DNA of 64,000 bases, taken from the IMG/VR virus record IMGVR_UViG_3300031414_000022, positions 1,020 to 65,019 of that record, one strand, 5' to 3'. The stretch comes from a virus (lineage: Duplodnaviria > Caudoviricetes). A model generated the notes under the pieces. That model saw nothing but the letters and a program-made list of their open reading frames with translations. It searched no databases and was not told the DNA's origin. The position numbers were made by a program, and so were the translations under genes. Shown in pieces: positions 57,203 to 64,000 of the stretch; positions within the stretch are counted from its first letter, which is position 1, and each line of letters starts with the position of its first letter.

Positions 57203-60073
57203 ATGACAATTAGAACCAGCACGCTTTATGCGCGGGGCCTTACGCCGTTGTTCACAGGCAGCCCTGGCGGAGGCTCCGAGGCAGAAGCTAACGCAATGCC
57301 AATTGATGGCAGTCGTTTCACCTCGTTCAACATTGACGGCTCAGCATTAGGATATGTGTGCGGCTTTGGTTCAGTGTTTATGAATGGTCAGTTCACACGT
57401 CAAGGCTCAATCGCTGTTGTAGCAGGACAGGGATGGGTTGGAGACTATCAGAACAAGACGTACAACAACATCGGTTGTTTGCGCCAGTTGATGACTCAGA
57501 TCAGATACAATGCTAACACCGCCGAAGGTACAAGCTGGCTGGTCATGAGTGACTATGCCTCCGTGAGTGACGGTGCCAACTATAACAACTGGGGACAGTT
57601 TGTTTCCCACTTGAAAGGTAGTCAGTTGGACATCCTGCCTCACATGTACAACGAGATTGCTGGTGGTGCTTACGGCTATGATGGACAGTCTCACTACTTC
57701 CATCAGTTCTGTGGCGTTATCCTGCTGCTCAGTGCTCCCGGCCAGACGATGGACAGCAACTTTTGTGCGGCCTTGCGGGAAGCAATTAAAAGCGGCGTGA
57801 GTGTTATCGTTCTCCAGAAGGGCCCGTTTGAAGGCAATTCAAACTTCAATGCTATCTATGGCGGCTTGGGTATCGTGAGCAACGGTGCAGCTTATGTTGT
57901 TGCTACCGAGAATGGACTACAGCGCAGCAAGCAGACATACAGCGATCACATCGGTTGGACAAACGTTCCGTCGCTGCACATTCAGGAAACAAACCGCATC
58001 AGTGCTGCCTATCAGTTTAGTGCTGGCACACAACCTGGTCCAGGCGGCATCAATGGTCAGTCTGGTCCTTGGACACAGTTCTTCCAACAGGCTGTTGATA
58101 TGTCGGATGATACCAGAGTATCCAGCCCTGTGTTCTACAAGGATGATTGCTGTGTTAACATCGGCGATGGCTTTGCTGTGTCATTTGATGTGACAACCAA
58201 TCCATACAAGCCAGACACATGGGCTGATGGCTTGGCAAAGGGTACACACCGCATTGATTGGGCTTCAAGCATTGGTGTGGGCTTGCAGAACCGCAGCTAT
58301 GTCTTTTGCCACGTAACAGGATATCAGCATACACTTGACACAGGTGACGCAAGTTACGTCAGCATCAATAATCAGATCTATAATCTGTCTCGCGGCTTTA
58401 CCGTGTTTCAGATTAGAAAGACTGACAAGGCCGTGTTAAGTGTTCGCAACTACGATCTTGAAGTTGGTGGTGAAGGCGGGCAGGGCGCTCAAAATGCTGC
58501 GGCGTGTGCAAACTTTCTCAACAGCATTGGCGGTGATTGCTTTGTGCTGGTGGCCATGCACGATACTGTTGCTACCAACCGTACGCAGGGCGGTCTACCA
58601 GGAGCCATGTATCGCATTGGTGCGTCGCGTCGTATCTTTGAAGGCTCCAAGTTTTACCACCGTGCTGCGTACAACTGCTTTGGTAGTCCTGGCGTGGGTG
58701 AAGGTAATGCCTACAACGAAATGTTGAAAGGCGACAAAGAAAGCGATCCAAAAGCGTACTTTGATGTGGGCTATCATTTTGACCGCAACAACAATCCGTA
58801 CATCACGGGTACCAACGCAATCAGTCCTGTAAGCATGGGCATCGCTGGTTTGTTTGACAACACCAAAAGTGCGCACATGAATTACTACAAGGAGATTGAC
58901 AGCGTTGACGCGCAGAAGTCGTACGGGGTGAACCATAATGCACGTATTACTGACTTGCGATTCAGAAAGTTGGTAATGACAGACGCTACGGACTTTGTTG
59001 TCAGCGTTGAAAACCCGTGCATTCCACAGCCTCTGGTTCAGTCACACGATTGGGTGCGCGTGTACAACGGCGGTGGTGCTAAGACTGTCAACTATCCGTT
59101 TACCAACCTTACTGAGTATCTGGTCACAACAACAGATGACCCTGGTACCAATGAACTGTGTACCTCTCACCTGATGATGAACTGGGATATGTTTGACGGA
59201 GTTGGTGGCAGTATTGCATACAACGAAGCAGGCCCAAGCCATCTGTTGTCTTGTGGCGGTGATAGGAGTAATCCAAGCAGTTTATTCTTCTCTGCTGGTG
59301 ATAGTCGTGTGTTCCAGATCTACCAACGCAGCTACAACTTGATTGATGGTACGCCTGGACGTGATACAAACGACTGGCAGGTACACTGGAAGTGGAGCGG
59401 TCCTGGCTCTCAGGGACACAACATCCAGATCGACCCTGGTTATGAGTACATCATGTTTGCCTATGACCGCTACGGTGATCTAGAACTTGCCGAACGTCAT
59501 TTCATCGTACCTGAAGCAAGTCAATTGCCTAAGTGGGGCGCTAACGTTTATAACCAAGACTTCTCAAACTCAACTTTGTTTGAAGTAAGTCGCAGCATGA
59601 GTGCCAATGCTCGTTGTACCAAGACCAGCAACAACGGTACCGAGACGGGCATCATGATGATCATTCGTCGTCCTCTGTATATGTCAATCGGGCCAACAGA
59701 CCGCACAGGCTGGCAGCTCACGTACAACGATCAAGGCACAACACTGCCTAAAGGCGGTAACTATCCTATCACGCTTGAGAACGACTACCAGTACATGGTA
59801 CTTGCCTCGTGTGGAAACGGCGGATTCTCTACCCACCACTTCAATGGATGGCACAAGACCTTTGAGACTAGTGGTTGGGATGAGGGCGGTAGTATCGAAG
59901 CTGAATCTTGTGGACGATGCCAGTGGTCATATGACAGAACCAAACTTCTTACGGAAGAGAAGACTTTGTCGGACAATGCTAAAAACTATCTTTCAGGTAG
60001 TTTGGCTCCTGTTGGACTGTTCCAAGTTTATCGTCGTCCTATCATGTGCTTTGAGCCAAGTGAAATCAGTTAA
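57203..60073 (+). CDS. putative receptor-binding protein with ILEI/PANDER (GG-type lectin) domain
   Basis: SRGFTV...YDL...AA..A.FLNSI...FVLVA.HD...A...IGA...R.AY..FG.PG (~58390-58700). Confidence 0.65.
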   Translation: MTIRTSTLYARGLTPLFTGSPGGGSEAEANAMPIDGSRFTSFNIDGSALGYVCGFGSVFMNGQFTRQGSIAVVAGQGWVGDYQNKTYNNIGCLRQLMTQIRYNANTAEGTSWLVMSDYASVSDGANYNNWGQFVSHLKGSQLDILPHMYNEIAGGAYGYDGQSHYFHQFCGVILLLSAPGQTMDSNFCAALREAIKSGVSVIVLQKGPFEGNSNFNAIYGGLGIVSNGAAYVVATENGLQRSKQTYSDHIGWTNVPSLHIQETNRISAAYQFSAGTQPGPGGINGQSGPWTQFFQQAVDMSDDTRVSSPVFYKDDCCVNIGDGFAVSFDVTTNPYKPDTWADGLAKGTHRIDWASSIGVGLQNRSYVFCHVTGYQHTLDTGDASYVSINNQIYNLSRGFTVFQIRKTDKAVLSVRNYDLEVGGEGGQGAQNAAACANFLNSIGGDCFVLVAMHDTVATNRTQGGLPGAMYRIGASRRIFEGSKFYHRAAYNCFGSPGVGEGNAYNEMLKGDKESDPKAYFDVGYHFDRNNNPYITGTNAISPVSMGIAGLFDNTKSAHMNYYKEIDSVDAQKSYGVNHNARITDLRFRKLVMTDATDFVVSVENPCIPQPLVQSHDWVRVYNGGGAKTVNYPFTNLTEYLVTTTDDPGTNELCTSHLMMNWDMFDGVGGSIAYNEAGPSHLLSCGGDRSNPSSLFFSAGDSRVFQIYQRSYNLIDGTPGRDTNDWQVHWKWSGPGSQGHNIQIDPGYEYIMFAYDRYGDLELAERHFIVPEASQLPKWGANVYNQDFSNSTLFEVSRSMSANARCTKTSNNGTETGIMMIIRRPLYMSIGPTDRTGWQLTYNDQGTTLPKGGNYPITLENDYQYMVLASCGNGGFSTHHFNGWHKTFETSGWDEGGSIEAESCGRCQWSYDRTKLLTEEKTLSDNAKNYLSGSLAPVGLFQVYRRPIMCFEPSEIS

Positions 60074-60082
60074 GGAGCTGTC

Positions 60083-60292
60083 ATGCCTGCTTACGCAAGA
60101 TTAGCTTTCAAAGATCCGAGTACAGACAAGTGGGTAGCTAATTTAGCTACAGGTGGAACAAAAGTTCGATACCAGGCTGCGGACGGCAGTGTGCGCTGGG
60201 CACGTATGACAATCAATAACACGATGGTCAGAAACCCAGAGTACAATGGCGGTTCTAATGGTCAGCCTGAATGGACGTCGCTTACTGGCTAG
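60083..60292 (+). CDS. small fibre-associated protein
   Basis: AAGGAG RBS; resembles the N-terminus of 55144..57162. Confidence 0.6.
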   Translation: MPAYARLAFKDPSTDKWVANLATGGTKVRYQAADGSVRWARMTINNTMVRNPEYNGGSNGQPEWTSLTG

Positions 60293-60303
60293 AGGACTTT
60301 GAA

Positions 60304-61125
60304 ATGAGTTTAGCAAGAGTTAAGTCCAGTATGCTCGACGGTGGTAACAGCGCCGTCGGTAACGTACTGATGAAAACAACGGACAAGATTGTAGCCTTTG
60401 CGCCTCCAAGCGAAATCGACAAGATTCGGCAAGCCGGTACTGCTCAGTTTGACACGCAAGCAGGCGCACTGACTATTATCTTTACTGACGGTACTCAGAC
60501 TACTGTCACAGGACTGCCCACAGCAGACCAACTTAAAAGTGGTCGCGAAGGTGTGCAGGGCAAGCAAGGTCTGCCCGGAAGACCTGGAGTTGACGGACGT
60601 GATGGGCGTGATGGTGCGCCAGGCTGTCCTGGTCCAAAGGGTGAACGTGGTCGTATCGGTCCTACTGGTGACACAGGACCGATTGGTGCTACGGGCGATA
60701 CAGGACCTGTGGGACCGACTGGCCCTACTGGACCGACGGGTAACCCAGGTCGTGACAGCGCGATTGATGACTATGCAGCGTCGCAGGTGCTTGACCCACT
60801 CACAGGTCAGCCTATTCCCAACGCGCACATTGCATCTAACCGTGATCTGAACACAGGCTTTACTCAGAACATGGCGCGTCAGATCTTCTCACGCAACCAA
60901 GACACTGTTCACGTTATTTTCAACACGCCATTCATTAACCGTTGCGCCAGTTTGTCCATTACGTTCTTGAACGCTTCTGTAAATCAAGCCAAGACGTATG
61001 CCATCTACAATTTGGATGGGACCAGCGCGAGTAACGAGAACTTCCTGTTGGGCGGATTCATTCTTAAATCCACAGGACAGAACGTTGCTGATTGGGACTT
61101 CTTCTACCATGCAACGGGGGATTAA
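60304..61125 (+). CDS. collagen-like fibre protein with C-terminal beta domain
   Basis: Same anchor plus Gly-X-Y; C-terminal VIFNTPF.N.C.S.SIT resembles fibre-tip domains. Track start 60271. Confidence 0.8.
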   Translation: MSLARVKSSMLDGGNSAVGNVLMKTTDKIVAFAPPSEIDKIRQAGTAQFDTQAGALTIIFTDGTQTTVTGLPTADQLKSGREGVQGKQGLPGRPGVDGRDGRDGAPGCPGPKGERGRIGPTGDTGPIGATGDTGPVGPTGPTGPTGNPGRDSAIDDYAASQVLDPLTGQPIPNAHIASNRDLNTGFTQNMARQIFSRNQDTVHVIFNTPFINRCASLSITFLNASVNQAKTYAIYNLDGTSASNENFLLGGFILKSTGQNVADWDFFYHATGD

Positions 61126-61599
61126 ATGGCAATTGTCCGCGTGAATGAAAAGACAGGACAAATCATCGGACGCAGCAGGGACCTTAATGGTCCCGACTGT
61201 ATCGAGATCCCTGACGAACTTTGGGGACGCATCGCAGCCGACCCGAATGCCTTTGAATATCTGTTGGAGTCTCGTAGCATTCAACTCAAGGCAAGCTACA
61301 AGCAAGCTCCTGAGCAAGACATTGGTGTTAAGGATACAGAGCGTTATCTTACAGCAATGCAGGAACTTGTTCCAGTGCCTGAACTCAATATTCAGGTAAC
61401 TCTCGGAGGAGTATGGGGCCGCGTGTTGCTTGCAGCACTAGCTCTTGCTCAATATTGTCCACAGCGAATCATGTGTAGTGACCTCTCTGGGAAGATGGTT
61501 GTTGTTGAAATCAATAATGATGCCGCGGAACTTATCGCAGGCGCACTGGCTAGACACAGCGACAAACTTTTAAACACAGGAGAGGTAGAAGATGAGTAA
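61126..61599 (+). CDS. putative fibre assembly chaperone
   Basis: Directly follows a fibre gene; D.IEIPDE.W pattern typical of fibre-assembly proteins. Confidence 0.4.
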   Translation: MAIVRVNEKTGQIIGRSRDLNGPDCIEIPDELWGRIAADPNAFEYLLESRSIQLKASYKQAPEQDIGVKDTERYLTAMQELVPVPELNIQVTLGGVWGRVLLAALALAQYCPQRIMCSDLSGKMVVVEINNDAAELIAGALARHSDKLLNTGEVEDE

Positions 61600-62410
61600 G
61601 CTCACGGACTACGTTGATCTGTTGATCAGCATGTCAACAGCGCAAGGGCTGTCTAGTTCCAACAGTGTGATGATGCAGCCTAAAGCAGGCAATTTTATCA
61701 TCGTGAGTTACAAGGAACCAACAGACAGACTGTTTCCTCTCAACGGTCTGTGGGTTATTGCTGACCCAGCAGATGCCTCATACAAAAAGATGCTGCGTCG
61801 CAAGACCAAGACAGCCACCAGCCCTTATCAGTTCACGTGGACCGAAGTCACTGACTTTGATGATATGATGAACACGGTGCAGGCATACGCTGATGAAGAC
61901 TTGCCTCAGCCTGTTATCGTCAGTGGTAAAGGCGGCAAGCTGTTAGGCAAGCTGTTGGTACGTGATGGCGTGACAGTGTTTGATGCAAACGAGATCGTTC
62001 CCAAGTCGTACACTGATGGTGTGCGTACCGCAATGAACAACTCGTTCTTTACCATGTTCAACAACCTTAACCAACGCGTGAACATTAACACCAGCGATAT
62101 CCGTGCGTTGAGGACTGCTCAGAACTTGATGGGCACTCGCCTTGATGCATTGGAGGTGGCTAAATCTACCATTGTAGGCAAGACGTTCTTACAGACTGAC
62201 CTTGACAGTGTTTGGTCGTTGCGTCACGAATTAGGACAGGGTTCTGGCTTTGCATTTGTATTGTCTGAGGAAGGCGAAATTATATGGCCGGAAACAATCA
62301 ACCCGTCAGAGGACGATCCAGACAACGTGGTATTGCTCACGTTCTTGGAGCCTGTCTCTGGTGTTGCGCAGCTCTGCTACATTCCAACGCAAGAGCCGAA
62401 GACAACTTAA
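61592..62410 (+). CDS. virion structural protein with coiled coil and C-terminal beta domain
   Basis: W.L.HELG...G..I.P..I...N.V.LTF..PVSG.A motif. Confidence 0.5.
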   Translation: MSKLTDYVDLLISMSTAQGLSSSNSVMMQPKAGNFIIVSYKEPTDRLFPLNGLWVIADPADASYKKMLRRKTKTATSPYQFTWTEVTDFDDMMNTVQAYADEDLPQPVIVSGKGGKLLGKLLVRDGVTVFDANEIVPKSYTDGVRTAMNNSFFTMFNNLNQRVNINTSDIRALRTAQNLMGTRLDALEVAKSTIVGKTFLQTDLDSVWSLRHELGQGSGFAFVLSEEGEIIWPETINPSEDDPDNVVLLTFLEPVSGVAQLCYIPTQEPKTT

Positions 62411-63273
62411 CAAGGGTTCCTGGTGTCTTTACTGCTCCACAAGATACCATTTTAGTGGTGGCTCAGTACAACGCTGGGCCCTACATAGGCAGCAGTGTGA
62501 TTCGCGGGCTGGTGGATAGTTTACCCAACCCGGCCATCGCCGTGCAGTATGTTCCCATCAACCGCATCCTGAGTGATACGGAATACCGCACAGCAATTGC
62601 AAGTGTCGAACGTGTTATCGTTGCCATGCAGCCCAAGTACGTTGTCAGTATGGACGACGATTACCTAAAGTACATGAGCGATAAGGTTAAAGCAGAGTAC
62701 GGCAAACGATTTGTTATGCTGTACAAAGCAGAGACTGTGGATAACAATCCAACGTGCGCCATCATTGAACGCATCATGCAACGCAGCTACATGCTGGACA
62801 ATCCCATCTATGTTGTGCGCGACGAGAATTCCTTCCACGCAGAAGCAGCTCGTACTCTGGTGCAGTGCTTGCGTGACAGGAACCACGAGGTAGAGTTTGA
62901 CCGTGTGGGAAGTCTGAGTGACCTCAAGCGCATCCTGATGGGACTGGAGTCTAAGCCCAAGGGTTTTTTGATTAGTTTCATGGGCACCATCTTTGATTCT
63001 GAGTTCAATCAGTTCTTGGACCAAGACAGAATCAATCAGATGATACTGGACTCCAACAAACGCCACATCGATATAACACTGGTAAGAGGTAACAAGAACC
63101 TCAGCGTGGTACTCATCCCACGTATCACCGGCGTTAAGATTTATGGCGGCAGCGTGATGATTGACCAAGTTGTGCCACAAATCTTTGTGGACCCGAAGAG
63201 GCTACAACAACTCGGCGGCAGCTTGGTATACAAAAACATGTTCAGCGACATTGCTGGAGTTATCCGACAATAA
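62284..63273 (+). CDS. secreted protein, periplasmic-binding (ABC substrate-binding-like) fold
   Basis: Predicted signal peptide (basic n-region, hydrophobic h-region, ARA|ED); alternating beta/alpha units (ILVVAQY, PKYVVSMDD, IYVVRDE, GFLISF). Confidence 0.5.
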   Translation: MAGNNQPVRGRSRQRGIAHVLGACLWCCAALLHSNARAEDNLTRVPGVFTAPQDTILVVAQYNAGPYIGSSVIRGLVDSLPNPAIAVQYVPINRILSDTEYRTAIASVERVIVAMQPKYVVSMDDDYLKYMSDKVKAEYGKRFVMLYKAETVDNNPTCAIIERIMQRSYMLDNPIYVVRDENSFHAEAARTLVQCLRDRNHEVEFDRVGSLSDLKRILMGLESKPKGFLISFMGTIFDSEFNQFLDQDRINQMILDSNKRHIDITLVRGNKNLSVVLIPRITGVKIYGGSVMIDQVVPQIFVDPKRLQQLGGSLVYKNMFSDIAGVIRQ

Positions 63274-63312
63274 AATCTCTGGCTCTGGTTTTCACTAATT
63301 TCTATTGAAAAT

Positions 63313-63618
63313 TTGGAGCTGGAGGTAAACGTGGTTATCAACACCAAGACACTCCGTATTGCCATCGCACTGTTTGTAGCATTTGTCCTTGTGACTTTTA
63401 TTTTTACCTCCGTCCGCGACGACAGGAAGCCCGTGAACCAAGTCGATAGCGAAGACGTGCAGTGTATAAGTGCTATTTGCACAAACTCTGGTACATACGG
63501 GCAGTCATGTTCGGAATTCAAACCTAAGATTGCACACATCTATCAGACAACTGATGTGAATGAGCCAGGTGCGCATCGGTTGGTCATCAATCTCAATGAT
63601 AACTCCTGCAAAGGATAA
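63313..63618 (+). CDS. bitopic membrane protein with Cys-containing exported domain
   Basis: N-terminal TM (IAIALFVAFVLVTFIF) and four Cys; downstream of a CTAATTT motif (63295). Confidence 0.55.
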   Translation: MELEVNVVINTKTLRIAIALFVAFVLVTFIFTSVRDDRKPVNQVDSEDVQCISAICTNSGTYGQSCSEFKPKIAHIYQTTDVNEPGAHRLVINLNDNSCKG

Positions 63619-63624
63619 TAAAAG

Positions 63625-64000
63625 ATGTCGTGGACAGAAGTTTTAGGTCTATTGCTTGGTTCCAACTTTCCTACATTCCTTTCTGTTGTGGGCCTGATTG
63701 CTTTATCCGCAGGCTTCTACTTCTACGTTCTTCCTCGCTTGGACCGGCTCAAGGAACTAGAAGCGAAAGAGAGCGCGGGCGCGTTTGAATCAACAGGGGT
63801 TGTTGACAACCTCAAAGCTATTCAGGAAGCCGTTACAGCAATGGCTGAATCAGGTCCAGTTGATAACTTGGACTTCAAGGAAGGTATCGATAGTATCTAC
63901 AAGGCGATTCAGCGGTTCGAACGGCAGTTATCTACAATGTCAAAAGATACCAGAGACGGCAACGAAGTACAGCAAGAGATTCTGCGTAACCTTCATGAAA
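63625..64000 (+). CDS. membrane protein with coiled coil (holin-like?), 3'-truncated, absent from the ORF track
   Basis: MSWTEVLGLLLGSNFPTFLSVVGLIALSAGFYFYVLPRLDRLKELE...; open to the window end. Confidence 0.55.
   Translation, partial: MSWTEVLGLLLGSNFPTFLSVVGLIALSAGFYFYVLPRLDRLKELEAKESAGAFESTGVVDNLKAIQEAVTAMAESGPVDNLDFKEGIDSIYKAIQRFERQLSTMSKDTRDGNEVQQEILRNLHE

Noticed and set aside
1-64000. Prophage or mobile element boundaries
   Set aside because: No integrase, transposase, att sites or host genes; content is consistent with a lytic jumbo phage.

Overview
This window is 64 kb of a large lytic myovirus (jumbo phage) genome. Nearly all genes are on the + strand, and I saw no integrase, tRNA, rRNA or CRISPR array. 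Gene content and order resemble the 'hairy' jumbo myoviruses of enterobacteria (Erwinia Y3/Yoloswag/Alexandra, Dickeya AD1/JA-like); this is recalled family knowledge, not a database hit. Order: Ig-like and whisker/fibre-type structural genes (1-8.5 kb); acidic protein, NAD+-dependent DNA ligase and GT2 glycosyltransferase (8.5-15.4 kb); head module with protease, zincin, scaffold-like protein, decoration-like protein and major capsid (15.8-22.3 kb); sheath, two tube paralogues, hub chaperones, tape-measure-like muramidase, hub and spike (22.3-35.2 kb); an accessory block with Nudix, MmcB-like nuclease, dTMP kinase, a ~600-nt structured non-coding region and an Acb2/Tad1-like small protein (35.2-43.5 kb); PAAR and wedge genes (43.5-50.2 kb); fibre genes including four collagen-like paralogues, one ending in a Hint domain, and a lectin-like protein (50.2-62.4 kb); then secreted/membrane proteins. 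Best leads: (1) a candidate large structured ncRNA at ~41.26-41.87 kb with its own promoter-like motif, nested helices, a predicted pseudoknot and a duplicated 25-nt hairpin; (2) a shared N-terminal S-[LIV]-S-[AGN] signature and a dispersed paralogous domain, suggesting head-packaged protease-processed cargo including the ligase and Nudix enzymes; (3) an autoprocessing Hint domain on a collagen fibre; (4) a putative immune-signal sponge; (5) two recurring phage promoter motifs. All product calls come from motif recognition by eye.
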